From Batkoa obscura (taxonomy: Eukaryota), in assembly GCA_030770535.1 (NCBI GenBank), contig JASVEC010000020.1:682001-746000 (forward strand): a stretch of DNA of 64,000 bases, written 5' to 3'. The position numbers and the translations under genes were made by a program. Positions 1 to 17,270 of this stretch are shown here, one piece after another; positions within the stretch are counted from its first letter, which is position 1, and each line of letters begins with the position of its first letter. Below the pieces are notes generated by a model that saw only the letters and a list, made by a program, of their open reading frames with translations, did no database searches and was not told the origin of the DNA.

Positions 1-770
1 CCATATATCAAGTTTTGTTTATAAAAGGACTTTAGATTTCTATATCTTTTGTATGCCATATCAAGCCATAAAATGTTAACAATTCAAGCTTAAAATGACA
101 AAAGAAATTTATTAACACTAATAATTTTAAATACATAATTTTAAAAAACTTTTATTATAAAGTAGATATAAATATATTTTAATGCAATTTTATTAAGTAG
201 CTTTTAAGCAAGTTTTTTAAGCTTTTAAACAAGACTATGCTTAAATTTGTTAAAAAGTAAATAATTCATTAATTTTTGTAAATATCATTACTTTTTAAAA
301 GACATCATAAGGTTTTGTAGTTTTATTAATAAAAATTGAAAATAAGTCTATAAAGGCGCGAAGTCAAATAAAGGACATTGTTTACAAAAAGCAGTAACTT
401 GTTATTTACAGGGCGCCTAAATCAGATAATAACCTAGAAGCAAGAAGCATAAAGAGGAATTAAATTTAAAATTTAATAATCAAATGACTCTGAGTCATAT
501 TAATTAGTAATGTATTCTTATAAAAAAAGTGTTAATTAGAAAAATCATAAGTAAAAATCACAGATTTCAAATAGAATAAAGATCTTAATTTAGCAAGCTC
601 TCACTATACTGCTTCTTCTACTCTTCTATAGATACTATACTTCATTACTGATAGCTAACGCTTGAGTTTTTTTAAAGCACACCTTAATTAACTGCAAAAA
701 TTCAAAATCCACAGTTCATTACTTTTCTCCCAACTCGATTTCTTAGTTTAATTTCCAACTATAGTAATCA

Positions 771-790
771 TTTCTCGAAGTTGCTAGAAA
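771..790. promoter_or_regulatory. Putative heat-shock element upstream of the DnaJ gene
   Basis: TTC-tc-GAA-gt-TGC-ta-GAA at 772-789: four nGAAn units with one mismatch, ~190 bp upstream of a chaperone ATG. Confidence 0.35.
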
Positions 791-978
791 GCCAAAAAAG
801 ACGTCATACTCCCTAATTTGATTTGAATTTGCAATAATCGAATTAATTAAGGGAATAATTCTTTTTATGAGCTAGATTGCAAGCTATTATTAATAGCTGA
901 TTATCTTTTATTTTTTTAATTTTTTTTAGATTATCTTGTTAAAGAAAGTATTATTAATAATTAAAAAGCGAGATTCCA

Positions 979-2733
979 ATGCGAGTTTATAGTGTCACGC
1001 CAATATTAAGAACAATACAAAGATGTAGTGGAGTTTCTTCCAATTTCATTAAGTCAAGAAATATTAGTACTAAGTCTGCATTTCAAAAGCAAAGTAATTG
1101 GTATCAAAAAACACAAAAACATCAATTTCATCAATCTTCCGCTGTTTCTAAACAGGATTTTTATAAAACATTAGGTGTTGATAAAAAAGCATCAAGCTCT
1201 GAAATCAAAAAAGCTTATTATCAATTAGCTAAAAAATATCACCCAGATACTAACAAAGGTGATAAAAACGCTCAAGAAAAATTTATTGAAATTCAAGAAG
1301 CTTATGAGGTAAAAGAAGGTTTTGAATTTTAATCTATTTATATTAAATTTTTTTAAAAAACAGTGTTTATCTGATGAACAAAAAAGAGCAGCTTATGATC
1401 AATTTGGTCATGGGTTTGATGGTAGTGGTAAGCTATTTTTAAGAGTTAAATAATAATAATGATTTATTTTATATTTAAAGGTGGTTATAACCCAGGAGCT
1501 GGAGGGTTTGATGGGTTTGGAGGTTTTGGTCAAGGTGGTTTTTCACAAGGTTTTGGAGGAGGCCAAGGTTTCAATCCAGAAGATTTATTTTCACAATTTT
1601 TTGGTGGAGGTTTTGGTAAAGGAAGAGCAGGTAGAAGTGGCTTCGATTTAACTGGAGAAGATATCCAGGTAAAGAAATAGTACAATAATCCCAACTTAAT
1701 ACTAAACAACAATTTTTTAGGTTAATATGAATATTTCATTTATGGAAGCAGCTAAAGGAGTTAACAAAAAAGTACGTATTCAACCTATAATCAATTGTTC
1801 CACTTGTAAAGGTCATGGTACTAAAGATGCTAAGAAGCCAGATCCATGCCCAAGCTGTCATGGTTCAGGTCAACAAATATTTAATACAATGCAAGGTATA
1901 TTAGCAAGAACTTGTTCTACTTGTGATGGTTCAGGTGCCAAAGTAAAGAAAGGATCAGAGTGTAGTACCTGCGGTGGTATGGGTAGAGTTAGAGATAACA
2001 AATTAGTAGATGTTAATATACCAGCAGGTAATTTCAATTTAAGGAATTAAAATAGTTTAACTAATATTAATACTTTTTAAGGTGTTGATGATGGTGTCAA
2101 ATTAAGAGTAAGTGGAGAAGGTGATTCCCCAATAGAAGGACAAGGACGTCGTGGGGATTTATTTGTTAAATTAAGAGTACAACCATCACAAACATTTAAA
2201 CGTAGTGGACCAGATGTTCATGTTGAGGCGAAAGTACCTTTTCAAACCGCTATATTGGGAGGCTTCATTAGAATCCCTACAATTGATGGAGATGTTGAAC
2301 TTAAAATTACACCAGGATCTCAATCGAACGATACCTTAGTATTAAAAGGAAAAGGTATTTCTAAATTAAATTCACGTAATGGCAAAGGAGATCAATATGT
2401 TAATTTACATATATCAGTACCCAAGTAAGTGAAATTTCAATTTTTTTTAATGTGATATATTAATATTTTAAATTTAGAAAATTAACGGATAAACAAAAAG
2501 AATTAATAGAAGAATTTTCAAAGACATTAAATAATAATGATAAAAAGAAAGGTAATGACGATCAAGATATTGAAAATAAGGAAGGATCTAATAGTAATAA
2601 AAAGGGTCGATTTTTTAATAAGATCTTTGACAAATTCATGAAAGATAATGAAGATAATGGAAAAAGTAAAGAAGATATAAAAAAAGAAAGTAAAAAAGAA
2701 GATGATGAAAGTAAAAAAGCAGCCTCAGCGTAA
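979..2733 (+). CDS. MDJ1: Mitochondrial class A DnaJ chaperone (Mdj1-like), 6 exons: 979-1308, 1364-1427, 1481-1668, 1721-2027, 2082-2424, 2478-2733
   Basis: Basic Ser-rich presequence, J-domain with HPD, G/F-rich region, four CxxCxGxG repeats, C-terminal IPAGVDDG domain; GT-AG introns keep the frame. Confidence 0.9.
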
Positions 2734-3190
2734 CCAATTTATGAGTTATAGAAAGAAGTAATGTATTAAAACTATTTTGAAAAGTAGTTTAATAGAAAAT
2801 ATAAAAAATTCGATTATGAATCAAATTAGAACCAAGTTTTATTTTAATTGAAAGTAAAAATATAAGTAAATTTTATTTTCATTGTCTTTTGTAACTTTAT
2901 TTTTTATTGTTATAGATTTAGTATTTTACTATCTTTTAAATGGTTATAAATTAATGAACAATCAGGTTGGATACTAATTTTTAAATTAAATTGAATTTAT
3001 ATTACATCTATAACTCATTATTTTTATATAATAAATAAATAAAAGAAACAATAGAATTTTAATCTAAACAATCAAAAATATATTAATTTGATATAAATAG
3101 CTTATTTTATTCAAGCCTAATAAAATCCTAAATCCATTCTAATGTTCTAAAAAAAATTCATTAAAATCTCATCATTTATCAAACTCAAAT

Positions 3191-6631
<3,441 letters not shown>

Positions 6632-7026
6632 AATGTATTTTTTTGAGCTTTCTTTTAAAATAATAGTTCTAAAAGTTTAAAATTTAACATGCTGGTTGAG
6701 GATTTCAATTACTTGCTTATCGGATTTTTAAAATGGAATTTTACGTCACGATTTTCAAATTGGGAATGATTATTGGTAGAAAACTTAAATGAGCTATTAT
6801 TATCTCGGATAATAAAACTTGATAGATAAGATATCATAATGTATTCAAAAATTCAATCACTATTAGAAATAATTTCAGTAAGCCTAAAAGTCTAGATTCT
6901 TTCTTTTCATAATTATTTATTTATCAATATAAATAAAATAAACAAAACTAAATATAAAGCATCAAATTTTATTATTTTATTAACTTCTCAAAAAAAATTA
7001 CTTTTTCTTCTTGGTCTAAAAAAAGA

Positions 7027-10000
7027 TTAAATTTGAATCTTGTCATAACATTGACTATGAATAAATGAATTTTGCCATAAAGCAAGTTCTTGATTTAATT
7101 GTAATATCTGATCACAAATAGTACATTTATCGTCTTTTTTTAATAATATAGCTGAAGCTTTTTGATGTTCGTTAGCAATGAATTTATTTAACTAAATTTA
7201 AAAAAAAAAACATTAATATTAATAAATAAAAAGAATAATATAGAAAGGGATTAAAATGAAATCAAACTTACTTGAACTGTCAATGATAAATTTAAATTTT
7301 TTTGAATTTTTTGTATATTTTTTAAACACACTATTTTTCGACCTTTATATATTAAAAATTGAGAGATTATCGAATTGGGCCAATGATTAGGTAGTAATTC
7401 TAATACCTAAAAATAATAAGATTTATATCAAAATAAAATAACAATTGTTATATAGTATTATTATTGTCAAAATAAAATTACCTCAAATACATCAAAAAAT
7501 TGAATATAATTAGATAATAAATACTCAATCTGATTAAATGAAATCAATCTAGAAATTTAATTGAATATTTTTAATTTTCACTCTCTTATAATATCAAATA
7601 GACACTTACTCATCTTCTAAGTTTAAATAAATTTTAAACAGTATATTAAATAACTTTTTTTGTAGCTTAGGATCTCGATTCAAAGGTTGAAAGAAATTAC
7701 CGTTATTGATACAATATTCTATAGCCATAAAATAATCTTGAAATTCAATTAATTTTAATAATACTTTTTCATGTTCTTTTTTCTAATAATAATAAAATTA
7801 ATATTAATATTAACATTCATTATAAATAATTGAAGTATTTCTATTTTAATATACAAAATAAAACTTACGATCCCATAAACACATGCCAACTCAAACATTA
7901 AATGAGTATTAGTTAACTCTTTTAATATTATTTCAATTCCTTTCCATTCAATCAAAAATAATAATTGAATTAATTCTAATCGCATTTGACTAATTTTGTC
8001 TTTTTTTCCACTTAAAAAATTTAAGAAAGTTAATTGAGGTTGAATACTTTTAGCTACTAAAAAGGTATGATCTATAATTGAGATAAAAATTAGTATATTA
8101 TTATTACTATGTTATGTTATGTTATTATATATTATATATTATATATTATATATTGTGACAATCTAAACTTACCTAATTGTTCCATTCTTTTATTAACTTT
8201 TTCATTATCTATTAATTGTATATAATTATAAAACAATTTTAAACATAAACCATAATCCTATATAAAAAGAATAGATTAATGAAAATTAACCTCAATATTA
8301 ATAATATTAATAATAAAGTTTAGTTACCCTATTTTTATAAATAAATATTAAATTATATAAATATGAATTTAATGCTTTAATTGAATTAATGTCTTTTTTT
8401 AAACTTAAAGTATTAATTATTAATTCATGATTCATTAATTCTATCATTTCTTTTCCACAGTTAATGATATTCTATATATATAAAATCAATTAAAATATTA
8501 TTATAAATAAATATTATTATAAATAAATATTATTATTATTATTATTACCTCCATTGTATTCAACGGCTCAATATTCAATAACCATAAAACAATTTCATTA
8601 ATGTTTTTTAACTTTAATATCATTTCGATATTTTTAAAAAATAAACTCAAATCATTAAATTTTAATTTTAATATATTTGATATTTCATTTGCATTGTTAT
8701 TATTATTATTATTTGTATTATGTACATTTTCATAGATTCTAATAAATAATATCAACTATTATATTAAGCAATAAATTATTATTGCTATTAATTACCTTAT
8801 CCAGCTTTGAATTACAAGATCATTTTCATTTAATCGTTTGTGAATTAAAGATTCTGCATAATCCAACTAATTAAAATTAAAATAAACAAAACGTTAGTAT
8901 TATGATAATAGTTTACTTTTAACTCCGTAATAAATTTTAAACAAGCATCCCAATCCGCAATTCGGCTATTTTCTAGTAATAAATACAATTGTTGTTCATC
9001 TTTGAATTCAGCATATAATTTAATTAATGTGGTATTTATAAACTTTAACTATGAATGTATGTTATTGATTATTATACTCTTGCTATACACTTATAATGAT
9101 AATTACCTCTTTGTAATTTGGATTTAGATTAAAATCTGATTTTTCATTATCATTTGTCATTTCTTCCTTGATAAATTTGTTTTTATACAATTTTAAATAG
9201 TCCAATAAAAACAATTCATATCTTTTAATTAAACTAGATTTTCTACTTTCCTCATTGACATCAATTAAACCCTTTCCTAGCAGTTCCATAACAATCTCTT
9301 CAATTTCCTCAAATCTATTTAAATAATTTAACATACCATACTCCATCAATACGTTTTCCCTTTTAAAGCATTGAATTAAATTTAATTTTTGATATTTACG
9401 ATATTTTTTAAAATAGAGTGCAAAATTAGCTGGATGTAGTTGATATTTTAAACTTAATTTTTGACATAATTCAAATTCCATTTTAAAATACAATCTTAAA
9501 CTTAATATTTTAATCATATATTGTATTTCTCGCTGAATAAGCGTAAAATGAACATTTTGCTCACTTACAATACTTTGAATTAATTCCATTTGTTTTTCAA
9601 TTTCCAAATATGGCAATTTAATAGTATTTGTTTGAAACTAATAAAACAATGATTAACATTAATTACTTTTAATATATATCTTTTATTTTTTACATTACCT
9701 TAAAGCATAATCCATTATAACTTAGAGTATAAATTTGATTTCCCGAACATAAAAATAATGTATTATAAACTGTAAACTCTTGGTTTTTATTTACTTCCTC
9801 TTGCTCTTGCTCTTCCTTTCCTTCTTCTCTTTCTTCATTATTAATTAAACTCAATTCCCTTTCTAATTCATTATTGATATAACTTAGTTTCATTCCACCA
9901 ATCAAATGATTGAAAGAACAATTTAATGGAATCCTCTGGATCAATTGACTGGTCATTAAATTAAATATTTGTAACTCTTTCGTAAAATAACTTATTATAA

Positions 10001-11209
10001 AAGGGTATTCAATTGCTATATAAATCTATTATTATTATTATTATTATTATTGTGTAAGTTACCAATTTTTCCAGGGTATTTATTCCATTGAATATTAGGT
10101 CTAACTGCATTTCCTTGACTTGATAAAAACATACCTATTTTAAAAACAAACGATAAATAATAAATAATATCAAATCTTAATAACAAAATTTGTTATATAA
10201 TTAATATTTACCTAATACATTATTTTGATCAACTGTTAAAGTTACTAAAAACTCATCTTCATCAATTATTTGAATTAATGGAATTTTAATATTTTGAACC
10301 GGAAATAACTTCATTGTAAACTCTTCGTAAATCGATAACATAGAATAATGGGTAGTATCTGAAATACAAATAGTAGTTGGATTAATTGCTATATTGGTTA
10401 TTGTATCTGCCCATGTAATTTCCTAATTAAAATGAAATTGTTGTTATTTATTATTTATTATTTATTATTTATTATTATTATTTATTATTTATTATTTATT
10501 GTTTATTGTTTATTGCTATTGAGTCAGTAGATTGGAGTTAAATATGAATGAAACTTACTTTAATTAAATTAATTTCATTAGATAATAAATAAATTTGTAT
10601 TAATCTTCTTCTTGTTATAGCCAATAAACCTAAATTAGAATGGACTTCTTTGGCTATGTAATACGAATAATGTTGAACTCCTTTAATAGAAGTGTTACTG
10701 GCTACAAGTTTTAAATTCAAGTCATAAAATCTTAATGTATTGTCTAATAAAGTGGAAAGCTGGGATTAATAATTTATTATGGGAATTATAAATCTAAAAC
10801 TGAATTGATTAACTTACCACATAATACAATTAACCATTTGAATTTTACAATAATACTTAACTTTTCAATCTTCTTATTGTTATTAATCGATAATTGAGTT
10901 ATGAGTTGTGGAACTTCATTCTAGTTAAATTCAATTAATTATTTCTAATTTAAAATAAATAATTCTAATAACTGATTACTTTTCCTTTATCAATAGTAAA
11001 CTTTAATATACTACCAAAGTTAGTACCAATAAACAATAAATTATCTATTGAAAAAATCAATAAATTTGAGTTAATATCTCTAGTTTCAGTATATTAATTA
11101 TTAATTATTTACCTATAGCAGCCGTATAACTAATACAATTAGGTTTTAATCCTATTTGATTTATATCAACAAGTTTTTCCAAATTATAAAATTCAAGTTC
11201 ATTGTTCAT
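7027..11209 (-). CDS. Vps39/Vps3/TGFBRAP1-family vesicle-tethering protein (CNH domain, helical repeats, C-terminal CxxC..HxxC), many short exons
   Basis: Exons read LFIGTNFGSILKF, GMFLSSQGNAVRPNIQW, VLELLPNHWP and DKCTICDQ...IHSQC; numerous GT-AG introns. Confidence 0.7.
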
Positions 11210-11427
11210 AATTTAATGTTTTAAAATATTCAAAAAATAATATTAATTTTTTTGCTTTTAAGACTTTTAGTTAAATTGAACATTGAATTGCATCTCAATT
11301 TCCAATTGGTCAAAAATCTTAATTTCAAAACTAGTGACACATATTTTAAAATACATTCAAAATTTTATATTAAAATAAATCAAAAACTGAAAAAAAATAG
11401 ATTAAACTTAAAAACAGATGTTGTATT

Positions 11428-13133
11428 TTATTGATTTTTCTTTTCACTTTTGTTCGATTTAACAAAGTAAGGTAAATACACCGTTACAGCGAATGCTAAA
11501 ATGACCCCAATATGACCAATAAAATATACTTGATAATAAACATGAAGATAAAGACTGGGTCTTAATAAACCAAAGGCAATAATAGCATATAAAAGAGCGA
11601 ATGAAGTATAAAGGTAACACATAAAATTAACTATTTTTCTACTTACTGAACCCTCGGTTAGCTTAGTAGTCCATGGTTTCAATTGAGTTTGTAACTTCTT
11701 TTCAATAAAAGTATCAAAGAATTCCAATATAAAAGTCACCATATAACCAGAATGAAACCCATGCCAAATAGAAAGGAAGACTAAAGAACCAAGTTGAGAT
11801 AAATATTTACTATTTAAAAACCTTAATCTTTTAAATACATATTGTTTAATCCAAAAATTTGTATTAATGTTAAAACAAGCTATAATTTCATCAAGTGAAG
11901 TAGCTGTTTCAAAGGCATACTAATAAGCAAAGGATTAATGTTTTTGTTAAGATTAGATATTATTATTATAAAAATAACTTACAGTATCTATGTTAGTTAA
12001 GCCATCCCATTCGGCATCGCCTTGTTGATTATACCCATTAAAGGAAATACCCGATAAGATACAAGCACCTTTAAAATAGTTAATAAAAATTGATTTGTTA
12101 CTAAATCAAAGTCAACTTACCTTCATTTAATTGCCAAATACCAAGATACTAAATTTAAAGCAATAAATTAACTTATTATAAAAAAACAAAACTGATATCA
12201 ATTTACCTTATTAATTAACCCTCTACCAGTAATCCATAATACTAGTATTCTCATAATTAAATTCAATTGAGTGTATTCTTCAGTAAGTAAATAAGCTGCT
12301 GGAAAATAAAGATCTAATACTTGTTGTAATGCAAGATAGGCTATTCCTTTAATGAAACATTTCATAGCAGCGGATTCACTACCTTTAGGCAATTGATTTT
12401 CATGATCCAAAGATAAATTTTCATTGTTAATGAATTTTTGATAAAGACTAAAAGAGAATTGAGGGCCTACTAAGAAAGCAGAGAAGAAATAAGAATAGCC
12501 TAAAAAGTGGGAAAATTTAGGTAATTCGACTAATTTGGTTTCACCCGAAAAGGAAACGGGTTGTTTTTTTTTAGGCATTGACGGAACTACTGGAGTATTA
12601 GCTTTTTTTTCTAATACTGAAGTTTCCGGTTGAGTTTCTTTGGATTGATTCGAAATTTCCTTTTCTTTCTTTTCTTTCTTTTCTTCTCCATCATAATAAT
12701 CAAATCCAAAACCCATCATTCTTAAACATAACACACATTGTGGCATAGTCCAAGTTAAATCATAATCAACACCCATATGAGCATAATATCCTGTTAATAA
12801 ATAAGTGGCATTAAATAACCAAACAGCAACTACAGCTAACTTTCGATTTTTCAAGATACCACCTAATCCATAACATAATCCATACGTCATCGAAATGGTA
12901 ATAAAACTATGTTTAATATCTAAGCCATTAAATAAGATAGCTAAAAACAAGCCAGTTAGTGTAACATAATAATTTCTCAATTCAGTTTGTTGAGATGGGG
13001 AGATGTTAGCTATAGGAAGGATCAATTTATTTTTATAAATTGAAGCAATGGGATAACCGAGTAATACGGTGATCAATAAGCGTAATACATTTTGTGGTAC
13101 ACCAATTAAATTACTTAATAATGAAAATACCAT
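11428..13133 (-). CDS. MBOAT lysophospholipid acyltransferase, LPCAT3/MBOAT5-like
   Basis: WTMPQCVLCLRMMGFGFDYYDG, FLVGPQF, FNINTNFWIKQYVFKRL and catalytic WHGFHSGY; C-terminal KKxx-type end; ATG at 13133. Confidence 0.88.
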
Positions 13134-13884
13134 CTTATTAGTTGTAAATAAAGATATAAAATGGATACTAAAAAGATGGAAGATTTTCTCAATGTTTGTT
13201 AAATGATATTTTATAATACCAAATCTTAAGATTTTAAGGAGAATTATCGGAGCTTCCAATGAGTACAAAATTGCTTTTTTTAGTAATTATTTTTTAATGC
13301 GAAGGCTAGGTAAAAATTAGCCCCGAATGAAGATTACTACTATAGAAGGTGGAGTTAATAAGGAAGATGCTCAAGTTAATAAATTCCATGTGAAAAATAA
13401 AAATAGAAGTTTGAAGGTTGATGATCAAGCTATCCTGAAGAAGTTTAACAGCGTTGATGTAAGTATAAGTAAGTGAAGGTTATAAGAATGATTATGGTGG
13501 GAAAATTTCGTTCAATTTTGAAGCAAATTGAATTCATTTTGAGGGATAAAATAGAATGAATTTGTAAATAAACCTATTTTTTATTGTATAATATGATGGA
13601 AAATTAAAATTGAGTGGAAAAATAAGATAAATTTGATTCAGTTTAAAAATAAAAAACGGACAAGCTCTTTTTATAGAAATTTAATGGTAAATCTTTTAAT
13701 ATTTCAACCTAAAAAGTGAATAATAGTTAATTATTAATGTTTTTCTTAATTTTGATATAATAAGTTAAGACCTTTTATATTAAATTGAGCATCTAAACTA
13801 TAGTTTTAATTTATACAAAATTTTCACTAAAATTTATTGCCTAAAAATGGACAAATATTATTTACAACATAAAATACATTCCCA

Positions 13885-13974
13885 AATGTATTTTGTATTT
13901 AGGAATTTTGCTAACAATTTTTCCACTCAAATAGCGCTTAAAAGATAGAAAGAGTGGAGAAAAAAAACATCCTC
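13885..13974 (-). mobile_element. ~98-bp MITE copy, one end truncated
   Basis: Core ttccactcaaatagcgcttaaaagat shared with nine other copies. Confidence 0.75.
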
Positions 13975-15431
13975 ATTTGTTATTTAATCTGATAAATTTC
14001 TTACAAAAAAGTCTATGAAGTTAAAAATGATAAAAACATTTAAACTTAAAATTACTTTATTACTTATATAGGAATAATATTGTACAACAAATCAATATTA
14101 TTTCAAGTCATCACTTTGTCAATAGAAAGAAATCGATTTTTAAAAAATAGCAGGATTAATTGCTTAACACCCAAATTAGATAGTGGAGGTTATTTATAAA
14201 AATTATTTAAACTAGAATTATATAAGAAATCTATACGTAAACTTATCTTTATTAGAAATAAGGGGGGAAACACTGGCATTTTTTTTCAATTTAATTTTTA
14301 TAGTTTTATAGTTTCTATTTTACTGAAATTCATATAAATTCCTATGCTTTATAAATGTTTTTACTTTATAAATAAATATGTATTGAAACGCTTAATTTCC
14401 CCAGATTGTTTCCTTAGTATTTTGAGTTTATAATTAATTGAAAATGGCATCATCTATTGAAATACTTTAAAAAATAATAACTTACAATAAAATAGATTAT
14501 TTCAATCAATTGTATAATCTATTTAATCTCGGTTTATAGAATAACTGATTGATTAATACAAAAAATATTACCTAAAAGTAGGAAGCCGAGTTAAAGTTAA
14601 ATATTTTAATTGATTAACTAATACAAATGTTAATTTATCTTTTATAAAATGAATTTGAAGTTGTATTATTGGCTCAAATAAAAAAATATCTTTTCCATGT
14701 TTCAAATTAATTGCTGACTTTAAATCATTGAGTCTAGGTTAAGAACCTTCAAAAAAAGAAAACAAAACAGTTAATAAATTAAATTATTAAATTTGCAGTT
14801 AATAAAAATAACAATTTATAAACATAAAAAGATGTAATATCACATTGCAAAGTAGAAGTATGTGTATTGGCAGAGGTTAGCATATTAAATTTAATAGTTA
14901 CTTAGTGAAATAATCACATTGAAAGAATTAAGTTTTTACAAGTTTAAAAAGTTAAAATATTAAGTGGGGTAAATTCAATAAGTAAGGCTCCAAAAATAAA
15001 CATGTTTTGATTTATACTTAAAAAGTTAACTTTTTTTTTCTTTTTCTTTAATATATCAAAAAAACTATTATATATGACTACTGCTTGTTTGCTTTTAGGT
15101 CACAAAGGAGTATACTGGAACAAAGTATAGTAGGGATAAAGTTTTAATTTTTTATTATTTGATTATTATTTAGAATAAATACATTCGAAGAATTTTAAGG
15201 AGGGATTACTAAATAAAGAAATAAGAGGGCTAAAATGGATAAAAATTCACTATACTTTAATTAAAAGGGAAATGAAACATGTTTTAAAATGAAGATGATT
15301 GGTTCATTGAATCTTCGTGCTTTTAGGCAATAAAAAGAATATAAAATAGGAGGCTTTTAATATTTTCTACTATTTTTTTTTCAAGAAAATAATATTAATA
15401 GCATTTTATAAAATAAAATAATAGTAGAACT

Positions 15432-16395
15432 ATGTCCAAATTAATGATTGCAAAAGATAATATTTATTTTCAACTAAGTAATGTTAATAGTAATAATAGT
15501 ACTATTAAATTTAATAAACAATCAAATGAACAAGTTTTAGATGATGAGAACTATGAATTGGAAGGAGTTTATTAATGAAAGCGATGGTTGTCAATTCATA
15601 AAACTAAAATACAATAAGCATGATTACCAAAACAATTTAGCAGTAATATCAACTTTGGAAGAAGATCGTCCTAATCCAGCTGATAAATCTCACTCTAATA
15701 CAAGAGCTTCGACTATTTTACCAAATACGCTTTATTACGCACCTGGTAGTAATCCAACGGCAATAAATCGAGCTAAAACTAAAGAAAGTAATCGACTTAG
15801 CTACTGTAACTCTTTCTATAATTCAAAGGAAATCTCTGAAAATGAAAATAGCAATGATATAGTTTATAGCTTTGAAGCTAATAGAAGAATGAAACGAATT
15901 TCAATGATATCTACCAATTCTTGCCCAGAAAATAATACTTCACGTGTAATCAATAATACATGTAAATTATCACGCTCAAGTTCCTTTGCAAGTAGTAAAA
16001 GTGGAATAACTGAGGCCGGTGCATCTATTGGATTATTAGAAAACAAATATAATAAACAAACAAATGATAAAAATAACCCAACACGTTTAAAAAGTATAAT
16101 TAAAAAAGGGTTTATTAAACCAATATTTAAATCTTTCCAGAAAGAGAGTAATCGAAGTGGTATTATTAAAAAGGTAAATTTTATTTGATATTATTTTATT
16201 AAAAGTATTTATTGATGTTAGGATGATAGCAATAGCAGTAAAAAAGAAAGAAAAATGGCGGAAGAATTATCTTTAATGGAATTGGCTATCGATAATGATA
16301 ACAATCAAAGATCTAGACTTAGAGAACAAAGATATGGTAATGAAAAACTCCATTCCTTTAAGAGTATACCCTACCTCAAATCGTCAATTGAATAA
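15432..16395 (+). CDS. Hypothetical Ser/Asn-rich protein, 2 exons, apparent +1 frameshift near 15564
   Basis: The ATG at 15432 joins the 215-aa ORF if one G is removed from gaaggagttt; GT-AG intron ~16174-16221; final exon ends TAA at 16395; no recognisable domain. Confidence 0.5.
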
Positions 16396-16864
16396 TTCCT
16401 TCAAGACCTTGTGTAATTTTAGTGTTTATATAGCATTTTATTATTTAATAAATTATTAAAAATTCCACTTTGACTTTTTATTTATAATTTAACTAATATT
16501 TAAAGTGTTTATTTAAACCTTTAAGTTCTACAATAATTAAGATATTTTAAAATAGTTAGCAATAGAGAATTTTAGGGTCTCATATTATACATATTAGTAA
16601 CAAATTTATGGTACAAGTAGAAAACACCCAAATAAAACTAAATTGGTATGTTTTTATAATAAGTTAAAAAGAATTTTCTTGAATTTTAAGCGGCTTGAGG
16701 AATGGGTAAAATGTTTAAACCAAAAATCTGTTCCTATATATTAACTATATAGCACTTAAATGTTTTTTATATTAGATATTAGAAGCAGTTTGTTTTCCAT
16801 TTTCTTTTATTATAGAAATAGCGTCTTTGTTTAATTATGATTTTTATTTTATTTTCTATTAATC

Positions 16865-16964
16865 GGAGTATTTTTTTTTATTTCATTACTTTTTCCATCT
16901 TTTAAGCGCTATTTAGGTGGAAAAACCTACTAGTAAATTCTTAAATAAAAAAACACCCCCCCCC
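16865..16964 (+). mobile_element. ~98-bp MITE copy
   Basis: Same core (tttaagcgctattt...tggaaaa), C-run right end. Confidence 0.8.
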
Positions 16965-17270
16965 AATATTGTTTTTAAAACTTTGTAATTTATTATATCA
17001 AAGTTGTTTACGATTTTTATCCTATAATATCACTAATTGCTATATTTTATGTTAGGTTTCTCTTATATTTATTTCAATAAAAAACAACTAAAACTATTTT
17101 TATCATAATTTTTTTCAAAACATTAACATTAAAAGCAAATTAATAATTTCTTTTTAATTGTAAGCTTTTTAGTAATTAAGTTTATGATAAAAGATTTATT
17201 GTACTTAAACCATTATTTTGATAGAATTTCTGACTTGATGTATTTATTTTAAAGTATCATATTATAATAT

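Noticed and set aside
10441..10515. (TTTATTA)n tract, and the 20-bp repeat at ~61811-61865
   Set aside because: Ordinary low-complexity repeats in AT-rich DNA
14262..14402. GGGG...CCCC-bounded 140-bp stretch as another MITE
   Set aside because: Only ~7 bp of inverted match, flanks differ, single copy
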